Origin: Octopus sinensis
Lineage: Eukaryota
Direction of reading: 5' to 3'
Assembly (NCBI RefSeq): GCF_006345805.1
Contig: NC_043001.1
Location: 89,838,001 to 89,902,000 of the forward strand
Length of the DNA: 64,000 nt
The translations under genes and the position numbers were made by a program. The notes below the pieces were generated by a model. The model was not told the origin of the DNA. It ran no database searches and was given only the letters and a program-made list of their open reading frames with translations. Positions within the stretch are counted from its first letter, which is position 1; each line of letters opens with the position of its first letter. Below are positions 36,370-48,149 of this stretch, one piece after another.

Positions 36370-37609
36370 TGAGAGTAGCCTGGAAAGTTCATAGGCTGAT
36401 GATGGAGTGATGCAAGAGCTATGAAATCTTCCATGTCTTAATTTCAACACTTCTTATTAATAACTGCATTGTTTTTTCCAGGTAAACTGACATCTGACAG
36501 TTCAAAGAAAACTTCAAAAGTAACTAGTAGCGACTTCTTTTAAAAATGAACAAAATTTGGCATCATGGTGTTATCAAGTACCTGCAGAAAAAGGCTTTAG
36601 CCCCCAAGGACGTTTATGTGATATGGCTGCTACATTAAGGGATGATGCTCCAGATTTATCAACTGTGTAAAAGTGGGTTGCTGAATTTAGGAGAAGGGAG
36701 AATTTTGAAGACGATCCAGCATCTGGATGACCTGCAACTACCTTCACCGAGGAAAATATTGATCATGTTCACCATATGCTGATGAATGATGGGTGATTGA
36801 CAATAAATCAAATAACCTATGCTGTTAGCATATCCCATGTGAGAAAGTTGAGCATATTCTGCACAATAAACTTGGCATGATGAAGGTTTCTGTTTGGTGG
36901 GTGCCATGTCTTTTGACACCTGATCAAAGGTACACGAGGCTGACCACATCATGGGAAAATTTGACATTGTTTCAGGTGGATCCAGCTGATTTTTCTTAAC
37001 ATTTCCTAACCCAGGATGAATGTTGGGTTCATCACTTTGAGCAAGAGACAGAAACAATCCATGCAGCAGAAATACCCATCTTCACTTACTCCAAAGAAGG
37101 TTGAGGCCATTTCATCTGCAGGGAAGGTGATGGCCTTAGTTTTTGGGGATGCAAAAGGTATTGTTTATTGACTATCTTCAAAAAGGGCCACACCATCAAT
37201 GGAGAATAATATGCCAACTTGCTGAGGCAGTTACGAAAGTCTATGAAGACAAAATGCCCAGGAAAACAGTGAAAGGGGTCTTGTTTCATCAGGATAGTGC
37301 TCCATCACACAAGTCCTGGGTTTCGATGGCTACTGTGCATGACTGAGACTATTTTGGTTTAACCCCATCTTTGTTCCCCAACATGAAAAAACACTTGGCT
37401 GGGAACCAGTATTGCAGTGATGATGTCATATCTGCTGTTGATGACCTTTTTTACCAACAGGATGAAAGCTTCACTAGTTGGATCCAAGCACTGCAACATT
37501 GGAAGAAGTGTGTGGATTGCAAGGGGAACTGTGTTGAAAAGTAAACTTCATTTGGACACATTCCATGAGAGTATCTTGGTCAGCATATGACCTTTTCAAC
37601 TAACCCTTG
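36370..37609 (+). mobile_element. mariner-family DNA transposon, full length (about 1.24 kb), transposase disrupted
   Basis: Imperfect ~30-bp TIRs (tgagagtagcctggaaagttcataggctga / tcagcatatgaccttttcaactaacccttg) flanked by TA. Residual motifs WVPCLLT, FLTQDECWVHHFE, FHQDSAPSHKS, WKKCVDCKG. Confidence 0.85.
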
Positions 37610-37967
37610 TAACGTCTGTTTTCCATGCTGGCATGGGTTGGACAGTTTAACAAGAGCTGGCAAGCTGGAGAGCTGCACCAAGCTCCAGTTGTCTGCTTTG
37701 GCGTGGTTTCTACAGCTGGATGCCTTTCTAATACCAACCACTTTCCAGAGTGTATTGGGTGCATTGATGTGGTATTGATATAGGTGCCCTTTACATGACA
37801 CCAGTGTGTGGCTAAGAAGCTCACTTGCAATCACATGCCTTCAGGTTCAGTCTCATTGTACAATACCCTGAGCAGGTATTGTCTACTATAGACATAGCTG
37901 ACCAATGCCTTGTGAGTGAATTTGGTTGACAGAAACTGTGTGGAAGCCCCTCACACACATACACATG

Positions 37968-38048
<81 letters not shown>

Positions 38049-38049
<1 letters not shown>

Positions 38050-38463
38050 AGGTTGCCATCAACTTACGACCACAATTGGTTCCGACTGACTAGTCGTAAG
38101 TCGATTTGGTTGTAAGTCAGTCTATAGGCCTATACATAGCTTTGTTTTATATTTTTACATTCTTAAGGTACATTCTCAGGTAAAAGTCACATACACCATT
38201 CTGTATTATACTATTATACTGTATAAACAAATAAGGCTTCCTTGATTTCTCCGCCACAGGATAGTCATCCAACACTTCGGATAACCACAGTGGCGATCGA
38301 TAACCAAACCTAGGGGAAGTGTTTGTTAGTTGACAGGTTAATTTCTAAGAAATTAAAGCCATTAGATTTCAACTGGACTATATATTATTTGCCGGGAGCT
38401 GGCACGCCAGTTGTAAAGTTGATTGGTCATAAGTTGGATAGGTCTTAAGTCAACGATAACCTG
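38049..38463. mobile_element. pogo/Tigger-like MITE
   Basis: TIRs caggttgccatcaacttacgacc / ggtcttaagtcaacgataacctg, left TA; no coding capacity. Confidence 0.6.
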
Positions 38464-38736
38464 TGTGTACATATATATATCTGTGTGCATGTGTGTCTTT
38501 GTGTCTCTCTTCACCGTTTGGTATTGGTGTTGGTTTCATTACACTCTCAAAACTTAGCGATTCTGCAAAAGCAACCAGTAGAACGAGTAACTAGACTTGA
38601 AGGGAAAAAAGACAATATGACCAAAGCATAAGTGCTGGGGTCAGTTTGTTTGATTAAAACCATTCAAGTCAAGGCGGTGCCCCAGCCTGGGCTGCAATCT
38701 GATGACTGAAACAAGTAAAAGATAAGTAATGCATTC

Positions 38737-40660
38737 AATTTTTGGAAAATTTTCAAAAATTTTTTATGAAAATTTCCAAAAATGTTTGCAGAAAATTTTC
38801 AAGATTTTTTGGGGAAAATTTTCAAAAATTTTTGAGGAAAATTTTGACCCAAAAGTTTTGAAAATTTTCTCCAGACATTTTGAAAATTTTCCCCAAAATT
38901 TTTTCTAAATTTTCCTAAAAAATTTTGAAAATTTTCCCCCAAAATTTTTGAAAATTTTCCTCAAATGTTTTTGAAAATTTTCCCTAAAAATTTTTGAAAA
39001 TTTTTCCCAAAATTTTTGAAAAAGTTTTTGAAAATTTTCGGCAATCTGCGGTACTTTCCAGCAATTTCCGTCAATCTCCGGCAATGTTTGGCAATTTTCG
39101 GCATTCTCTGGCAACCTTTTTTTGAAAAATGTTTTCCGAAAGTTTTTGAAAATTTTTTCCAAAAATTTTTGAAAATTCTCCCTGAAAATTATTGAAAAGT
39201 TTTCCAAAATATTTTTGAAAACTTTCCTCAAAAATTTTTTGAAAATTTTCCTCAAAAATCTTTGAAAATTTTTCCACAAAATTTGCCCAAAAAATTTTTG
39301 AAAATTTTTGAAAATTTTCCCCCAAAAATTTTGAAAATTTTCTCCAAACATTTTTGAAAATTTTCGCGAAAAATTCTGAAAATTTTTCCAAAAAGTTTTT
39401 GAAAACTTTCCCAAAAATTTTTGAAAACTTTCCCAAAAATTTTTGAAAATTTTTCCCAAAAATAATTGGAAATTTTCCTCAAAAATTTTTGAAAATTCTC
39501 CCTGAAAATTATTGAAAAGCTTTCCAAAAAATTTTTGAAAACTTCCCTCAAAAATGTTTTGAAAATTTTCATCAAAAACTTTTAAAAATTTTCGAAAAAT
39601 TTTTTGATAATTTTCCCCAAAAATTTTTGAAAAATTTTTTGAAAATTTTCCTTAAAAATTTTTGGAAATTGTCGTCAAAGATTTAAAAAAATTTTTCACA
39701 AAAATTTTTGAAAATTTCCCTAAAAAATTTTCCCAAATATTTTCGAAAAGTTTTTGAAAATTTTCTTCAAAAATTTTTGAAAATTCTCCCTAAAATTTAT
39801 TGAAAATTTTTCCGAAAAATATTTGAAAAATTTCCCGAGAAATTTTTGAAATATTTCAGGCAATCTCCGGCTATTATCAGCAATCTCCTGCAATTTTCGG
39901 TAATTTCCATCAATATGCGGCAATTTCCGGTAATCTCAGGCAATTTCCTATAATTTCCGGCAATATCCGGCAATTTACGTTAATCTTTCTTTGAAAAATT
40001 TATTGAAAATTTTTCCCAAAAATTTTTGAAAAAGTTTTTGAAAATTATTGGCATTTTCCGGCAATTTCCGTCAATCTCCGGCAATGTTTGGCAATTTTCG
40101 ACATTCTCCAGCAATCTTTTTTTGAAAAATGTTTTCAAAATGTTTCCAAAAATTTTTCAAAATTTTTCACAAAAATTTTTCAAACTTTTCCCAAAAACTT
40201 TTGAAAATTTTCCCCGAATATTTTTGAAAATCTTTCCCAAAATTTTTGAAAATTGTCCTCCAAAAATTTTGAAAATTTTTCCAAAACTTTTTGAAAATTT
40301 ACCCCCAAAATTTTTGAAAATCATTCCTAAAAATTTTTGAAAATTTTCCCTTATTATTTTTGACAATTTTTTCTAATAATTTTTGAAAATTTTCCCAAAA
40401 CTTTTGAAAAAGTTTCCCCCAAAATTCTTGAAAATTTTCCCCCAAAAATTTTGAAAATACTTCCAAAAATTTTTGAAAATTCTTCCCAAAAATTTTTGAA
40501 GATGTTTCCTAAAAATTTTTGAAAATTTTCTCAAAAAATTTTTGAAAATTTTACCCCAAAATTTTTGAAAATCGTTCCCAAAAATTTTTTGAAAATTTTC
40601 CCAAAAACTTTTGAAAAAGTTTCCCCAAAAATTTTTGAAAATTTTCTCCCAAAATTTTGG
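38737..40660. repeat. 1.9-kb minisatellite of ~21-22-bp units (TTTTGAAAATTTTCCCCAAAAA) with embedded ~10-bp GGCAATTTCC blocks
   Basis: Read directly; it produces the spurious K/F-rich ORFs in the track. Confidence 0.9.
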
Positions 40661-41679
40661 TCAAAGTCTTATGAGTGTATCTGGGAGATTTTCCCCACTC
40701 AGTTCACACTAACTTTGCCACTACTTATTAACTACCTCACCCATACCCATTTCCTCAACTTCCTCTCTAATAGATATCCACTATTGACCTTGTTTTCTCC
40801 TGTGTTCACCACTCACTGCATCTCCCTCTCCATCTACCATTTGCCTCTCGCTCTCTCATGAACTTACCCACCCCCACCACTTCTCTTCATCTTGCTGTAA
40901 CTTGAGGATATGCGTTCACATTTTCACTTCCATCTTGCTTTTCCACCTGCGGTAACTATGTATCTCCTCTAACCATGACACCTATTTCTCTCCCCACTAT
41001 CATTATTGTCCTTTTATCACCTACCTCAGTACTACTTCTCTGCCCCCTCACTTGCAGGATCTTGTCTTGCTAGTTATTGGTAATCTCACTAATGTTTGTA
41101 CCATGTAAAAATAAAAACACCGAGTACACATTGTAAAGCAGTTGACATTAAGAAGGTTATGCTGCAATTGGGAATAAGACTAGAGAAATTCTAATTGAAT
41201 CATAAGACTACGATTTAGATGCATATAGCATAGATGACAACTGGGGGTTTCTAGTGGAGATGAGGTGTCAGGATGAGCCATGACACTTCATCACTCCTAT
41301 TTTATCTTCATCCAACTCCACCTTGGCCATTACCACCCTCTCTCCTATAGTGAAAGTAGCTGTGTAACTCCTCTACAGCAAGAAACTTGTTCTCTACTGG
41401 TCCCTTCTCATAAGTTAACTCAGAGGTTCTCAATGTGAGTAGTGCTGCTCCCAAGGGGGCACTAGGCATGTTGATGGGGGCATTAGGCTTTAGGGGGAAG
41501 TCAGGTGTAATGTAATGTACTAAACTTTACCTACAGTAATTATTATATTATACATGTATTTTTCAGAATTACCCTTTTATTTAAGTTTAGTATCAAAACC
41601 TTGAAACTATCCTTTATATAATATATATTTATTTATTTATGAGCCCTTTTCAAGCCTAGCCAGGCTCATGGGCCTGGTT

Positions 41680-41935
41680 TCTATGGCATATGTGTTCCCC
41701 CCAGCTGGACGGGATGCCAGTCCATCGCAGCGTTACCCAAGAAACAGGAAGAAAGAGTGAGAGAAAGTTGGGGCGAAAGAGTATAACAGGGGTTGCCACC
41801 ACCCACTGCCGGAGCCTCATGGAGCTTTAGGTGTTTTCGCTGAATAAACGCACCAACGCCCGGTCTGGAAATCAAAACTGCGATCCTCCAACTGCAAGTC
41901 CGCTGCCCTAACCACTGGGTCATTGTGCCTCCATA
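41680..41935 (-). mobile_element. tRNA-derived SINE, family C
   Basis: Head ggaggcacaatgacccagtggttagggcagc; 3' gatggactggcatcccgtccagc...ggaacacatat shared with 61657-61850. Confidence 0.65.
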
Positions 41936-42099
41936 TAATATGTATATATATATATATATGGTTTATATAAAATATGATCAGGAATATATTTTACAAAAGA
42001 AAAACAAGGAGAAAGAAAAGGCAATAACAAAGTAGCCCCAAGTGCTTCAGTTGGTCACACACCACAAGGTTCAACGGAACCTACTGAAGCAAGCCAACA

Positions 42100-42870
42100 T
42101 GCTCATGGGTGAGGCTAAGACGTTGGAAAAGTCAAGCACCCACATGAGCATCACCTGCTGCTTTGGTGAAGTGAGCTACCACCAATGACAAGAATTTTGT
42201 GGTTAGTGACCCAGTCCCTTCAAACGTCTCAAATGCCACAGACTGGAAGATATAGTTCATTATCAGATCCTGAGACTTCAAGGTTTTGATCTGTTTGGCT
42301 ACGGAAGTAGTGACCCTCCCATTTACTCTACCATTCAGAATGTGAGTATGTGAGGAGGAGCAAAAGAGTCACAAATTATGACATCCCAGATGAAGCACCT
42401 ACCTCTTTACCCAGGGACAGAAGTTAAGACCATCTGATCTCTTTCCATCACTTCTGGATAATCTTGCTAGCTTCAGAACTGAGAAGGATATTAATCCAAG
42501 CCAGGTCCCACTTAATGATCAAGTTTAGCTTAGTGTGATGAGCAAAATGACTAGCATTTAGGCGGCAAGACAGACCATGAAGACCTGAGGAGTTGAGCCC
42601 ACCACTGCGACATCTCAGTCCCCTACAGACGTCAGCTCCCACTCTGAGTGTGATGGAAACCTCCAATGTTGGCCATAGACAGGGCATCAGTCCAGTCCCC
42701 CAAGTATTTTGCACAAGCAGAAAGTAGGCAACATCTTGAAAATTCATCAGGTTGATCAAAGAAAGAGTTGAAAGTGGTACCTGAATGCAAATTGTCCCAT
42801 ACTCTCTGCTTAAGTCTATCCTCAACTGTAACAGGAACTGACAAACCCAGCTCTCTTCACTGTAACAGAG
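42100..42870 (-). mobile_element. CRE-like non-LTR retrotransposon C-terminus (zinc knuckle plus restriction-like endonuclease), degenerate
   Basis: Minus frames give LRVGADVC...GLHGLSCRLNA..AHHTKLNLIIK, then RSDGKRSDGLNFCPW..GRCFIWDV..CDSFAP and FQSVAFETF, matching the GLHGLSC..RH..LN / RPDG....PW..G....WD pattern. Confidence 0.7.
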
Positions 42871-43908
42871 CTTCATCCATCTCCCTGTTGGAACTTTCCA
42901 TGTTGGAGAGGAGAGGATGATCCCTACTAAAGTGGAGCGAGCGTGGATGGAGGGAAGAAAACAGGGAAGCGATATGGACAAAAAATATCATACATGATAA
43001 AACTGGTAATGGTTATTAAAATAAAATGAGATCTCATCAGGCACAGGGAAGTCTTTAACTTGCAATCTATAAAGTAAATTTACAACTTTTGTCTCTTAAT
43101 CTTTTATCGTTTCCCAATTAAAAGCTTATACAATCCATTTTTAGAATAAAATTTATAAACTAACATCAACGTTAACACTTAAAGCGCAACAGGTCACGAT
43201 CGTGGCCGTCATGCACAAGTTGACAGGCCACGATCGTGGCCTAGATAAATGCGTTTAAATTATGGGGGCTTGTTGGGGTCTAATGTCACTCAAATGCTCT
43301 GATACCCACAAGAATGCAAGAGAACTAATAGTTCAACTAATGACTTTTAAGATGATGTAAAACTTGCCACCATTATATACTAAGAAGATATTTTAACTAT
43401 TTTTTGCTTTTTAAGTGTGCATGGCAGCCCATGCAATGTACATGCAAACCTCAGCGCTTCATGGGTTTTAGTTGTGATATCTCTCACTCGTTACTTAGGT
43501 GGATACAAGGCATAACAACTACTTAAAAATGGGGCGCAACACAAACACACACGAAAGATTAAGAAAACCCTTGCTTTAACCTAATATATTTCATAAAGCT
43601 ATCCCCGCAGTCAAATGTCGTCTTAGTCTTTCCCGACGAAGTCATTAGTGCTGGCACTAAGGAGAAAGCACCCAGACGCGCTGTAAAATGGTTGGCATTA
43701 GGAGGGGCTTCAGAGATGCGATCTTTGAACCAGTTCAGATCGTGTCGAACTGTCCAACCCATACCAGCTATGAGGAAGGATGTCACATGATGATGGTAAT
43801 GATTTGTCGAATAAGCTGTTAAAGGTGAAATTAGCATTATTAATAAATTTCACTCTTCAATATGTACTGAATCCCATCGCCAGTAAAAGTCTGTTTCCAG
43901 TAAGTGGA

Positions 43909-44109
43909 ATTCTTTCGATATAACTCGACAAAATCAAAACATTTTACTTCGGGTATTTCCGTGGAAGCAAATGACAGTTCAATTCTGTTTTCTGCTTGGA
44001 AATTTGCTGATTTTACATACACACATAATTTCGTTATATCTATACTCCACAACCCACAGAAATACCCGAAGTGAAATGTTTTTATTTTGTCGAGTTATAT
44101 CGAAAGAAT
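43909..44109. repeat. 56-bp near-perfect inverted repeat with an 89-bp spacer (MITE-like or hairpin)
   Basis: Arm 43909-43964 versus reverse complement of 44054-44109: 3 mismatches by eye; no TSD recognised. Confidence 0.8.
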
Positions 44110-44534
44110 GCCCAGCAAGTTGATCAAGAACTGAGAAATTAGAGACGATATTTTCTTCCGTTTAATAATACCCAAAACATCAACATTACCTAGCTAACTG
44201 ATCTAAGGGGAATAACTCAATAGCTTAGACAACTTATACCCCTACATGCCTCACTGCACACGACAGGAATGTCTAAAATGGTTGCTTTAAAGACTGTTCG
44301 TATGTGTTTTGGTCATGAGGAACTTTTGGTTTGCCCGACACTGAGAAGATAAGATGTAAAAACACCCTTTATCATCTGCGAACATTTTTACTCCATGATA
44401 AACTGTAGTGAAACTTCGTTTAGAAGTTAAAATTTGTTATAAACATATTCGAACTAATCTAAAGCTCGTTTACTTCTCCACAGGGCTTAGCGCTGTTACT
44501 ACCATATTTGTTCTTCCTGTCAGTCACTAATATT

Positions 44535-44746
44535 AGTTTCAAATTTTGGCACAAGGCCAGCAATTTCGGGGGAAGGGTAAGTCGATTATATCGATCTTCA
44601 GTGTATCACTGGCACTTAATTTATCGACCCAGAGAGGATGAAAGACAAAGTCAACCTCGGCGGAATTTGAACTCTGAACGTAAGAATGAACGAAATGCTG
44701 CTATGCATTTTGCCTGGAATATTAATGATTCCACCAGCTCACCACC
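44535..44746 (-). mobile_element. tRNA-derived SINE, family A
   Basis: gcacttaatttatcgaccc...ggatgaaagacaaagtcaacctcggcggaatttgaactc is the reverse complement of the family-A consensus. Confidence 0.72.
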
Positions 44747-45009
44747 TTAAATCAGTCACCAATATTGACTGTTTCAGTGTAAAAGTATAACCTTCTAATC
44801 TACTTAGGGTTGTCTCATTTCGAAATCTCTTACCGAGCAAGGCTAATGTGCCAGAAATGGGTCTAGCAGTCAAATATATACTACAAGTAAAAATTCTTTC
44901 TCCATAATAAACTTCAGTGAAATTGCCTTTGGAAGTTAAAATGTCACAAACATATTTGAACTCACCTAAATTTAGTTTATTTTTCACGCACACGCTCACA
45001 CACATACAT

Positions 45010-45510
45010 AACTGCTGTGTGGTTGGATGTTTAAGACGTTTACTTTCCAGCCACATGATTTCAGGTTTGGTCCCACTGCATAGCATTTTGGGTAACTGCC
45101 TCCAACTATAGTCTTGGGCTGACGAAAGCCTTGGGAGTGATTTTTGAAGATGGAAATTAAAAGATGCCCACCACATGGTTCCGGGTTCAGTCCCACTGCA
45201 TGGTACCTTGAGCAAGTGTCTTCTACTATAGCCTCGGGCCAATCAAAGACTTGTTAGTAGATTTGGTAGACGGAAACTGAAAGAAGCCTGTCATGTATAT
45301 GTTTGTGTGTCTGTATTTGTCCCCACCACCGTTGCTTGACAACCAATATTGGTGTGTTTATGTCCCTGTAACTTAGTGTTTCGGCAAAAGAGACCGATAG
45401 AATAAGAACTAGGCTTACAAAGAATAAGTCGTGGGGTCGATTTGTTCGACTAAAGGCAGTGTTCCAGCATGGACACAGTCAAATGACTGAAACAAAAGAA
45501 TAAAAGAAGA
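45010..45510 (+). mobile_element. Family-B SINE with a duplicated 5' portion
   Basis: Two successive ccacatg.tt.c.ggtt..gtcccactgca heads (~45050 and ~45170) followed by one body and 3' end. Confidence 0.65.
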
Positions 45511-46689
45511 TATATATGTATAATTTCAAGAGTGAGGTTGTGAATCCAACCAACTAAGGGATAATATCTATCCAATATACTGCTGGTAGAATACCCAATT
45601 ATTAATACACAAGTGTTTTTTATTGCATTACAATTACATTACTGAGTGTACTAAATGGGTGAGGGTAAAGAGATATTTCACCATTAATTTAAAATTTCCA
45701 CTTATTTCTTTTTTACTTTTCTAAAATTTTCGTTGTGCCTTGCAAGCTTTTCAATAGTTTTGATTCTGTCCTTTACTCACACTGCATTCCTTTTTGTTTG
45801 TTTGTGCGCATGTGTGTGGGTCAGTGTGTGTGTGTGCCTATACATGATTGCATGTATATATGTGTGTGTGCATATGTATCTATGTGTGTACATTTGTATG
45901 TATGTATTCTGCATATTCATGTGTTTGCATGTCCATGATTATGTGTTTTTTGTATGTGTGTGTGTTTGTATAAGTGTGTGTGTACCTCTGTCTCCTTGTG
46001 TGTGCATGTCTGAGTGCGCGTGTGTATGTGTGTTTTGCAACTCTGTACCGTGTTTGTAAGTATGAATATGCATCTTCATATGTGTGGACATGTGTCTCCA
46101 TATGTGTCCTTGTGTGAAGTAAAGTGTGTGTGTATATATGGTCAAGTGTTTCAGTCATCATTTGCTTCTGTGTGCTTGTTTGTTCATATAACCTATGTAA
46201 CTATCCATCTGTATGTTGATCTTTTTAGTTTCATATCCATATGCTTACATACATGTGCATATACATATTATATTCATACACACACCCACCCACCCACACA
46301 TACATCTATCTACATTATATATATAATATATGAAAGAAGGTTTGAAAATGCAATTTCAAAGATGTTTATTCACAAGTGAATAAACATCTTTAAATTGCAT
46401 TTTCAAACCTTCTTTCATATATATTTCCACTCGTGCGGTACCTTACAACTTTACTTTATTCTATATACATGTATATATATATACACATACATACCCCCCC
46501 CCCCCGCACGCATACATACATCTATCTACATAATAGCCCACTAACTATTCTACACTACCTGTGTAAACTGTGTGTATGGGGGTATGATAACTACTAAGTA
46601 TATTTCCTATTTAGTATAGGGGAAGTTTCATTTATGAAGATGTACTTCTGTATTTGTCTGAGTTTTGAATAAGATGCAGATGTCAAGTT

Positions 46690-46800
46690 GACCCAGGTTA
46701 CCTCCATGTTGGTAGAGTATGGAGGACTGTTTTTTGTTGTCATATTGTCTCAAATGTTCATTTAGTTGTTCCGCAATGCTCCTAAATGTCTTCCTATATA
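46690..46800 (-). mobile_element. Possible Penelope-like GIY-YIG remnant
   Basis: Minus frame (with a 1-nt shift) YIG-KTFRSIAEQLNEHLRQ resembles the YIG.T.R.L..R..EH motif; short and degenerate. Confidence 0.35.
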
Positions 46801-46811
46801 CATGTATATAC

Positions 46812-46843
<32 letters not shown>

Positions 46844-47304
46844 GTAATATATATATATGTAATATATATATATGTATATATATATATATGTTATATATAT
46901 ATATGTATATTATATAGTATATAATATATATAATGTATATATATATATATAATGTATATATATATATATGTATATATTATATATGTATATATATATATAT
47001 GTTATATATATTTATAAAAAAAATAATATATATATAATGTAATATATATATATATCTAAATATATATAGTATATATATGTATATATATATATATATGTAT
47101 TATATATATATATTGTATGTATATATATAGGTATATATAATATAATATATCTATATATGTATGTATATATATATGTATATATATATATTATGTATATTAT
47201 ATGTATATATAATATATATATATATGTATATATATATATATTATATATATATTTATGTATATATATATATGTATATATAATATATATATATGTATATATA
47301 TATG

Positions 47305-47335
<31 letters not shown>

Positions 47336-47655
47336 TATATATATATGTATTTATATATGTATGTATATATAATATGTATAAGTATATATATATGTATGTA
47401 TATATGTATGTATATGTATATATATATTTATAATATATATATATATGTTATATATAAATGTATTATATATATATGTATATATATAATATATATGTATATA
47501 TAGATGTATGTCTGTGTATATAATATATATGTTATATATATCTATATATGTATATATATATGTAAGTATATATCTATGTATATATATATATATCTATGTA
47601 TGTATATATATATGTATATATATATATATATATGTATATAATATGTATGTATGTG

Positions 47656-47689
<34 letters not shown>

Positions 47690-47735
47690 TGTATAATATA
47701 TGTATGTATATGTATATATATATGTATGTATTATA
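46800..47735. repeat. About 0.9-kb imperfect (TA)n/(TATG)n microsatellite
   Basis: Read directly. Confidence 0.95.
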
Positions 47736-47744
47736 TATATGTAA

Positions 47745-48120
47745 TACCTTCATCACCAACACCACCGCTGTCACCGGCTCCAACCTGCACACTGTACGCA
47801 TAGGCACTCTTTTACGTGCACCTCGTCTGGCTTATTTACTGCATTAAATGCAACCTATGCGGGATGCTGTATGTAGGACAGACGGGACGCCGGTTGTCCG
47901 ACCGTTTCACTGAGCACTTAAGGGACGTTCGCCTACACTCTCTTTCTCCCGTCGCACGCCACTTCCGCTCGGCGGCCATTCCCTAGATGACATCTCAGTG
48001 TTTGGTCTCGCCCCCCACCAAGGTCGCCCACTTTCCAGGCTCCACTTGGAGCAATGCTACATCTTCACCCTACAAACTACCCCCCACACGGACTTACACA
48101 GCCCCCTCCTCTTGAGATCT
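47745..48120 (+). mobile_element. Penelope-like element, GIY-YIG endonuclease C-terminus
   Basis: With 1-nt frameshifts reads HSFTCTSSG-LIYCIKCNLCGMLYVGQTGRRLSDRFTEHLRDVR...PVARHF...LEQCYIFTLQTTPH, the IY..C..C...YVGQT.R.L..R..EH signature. Confidence 0.8.
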
Positions 48121-48149
48121 GTTTTTTTTTTTTTTTTTTTTTTTTTTTG

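Noticed and set aside
38905-40861. K/F-rich ORFs
   Set aside because: Translations of the A/T-tract satellite, open on both strands.
43170-43470. ttaa-flanked segment with palindromic ggccacgatcgtggcc, possibly a piggyBac-like MITE
   Set aside because: The putative right TIR matches only weakly and no second TTAA lines up; insufficient support.
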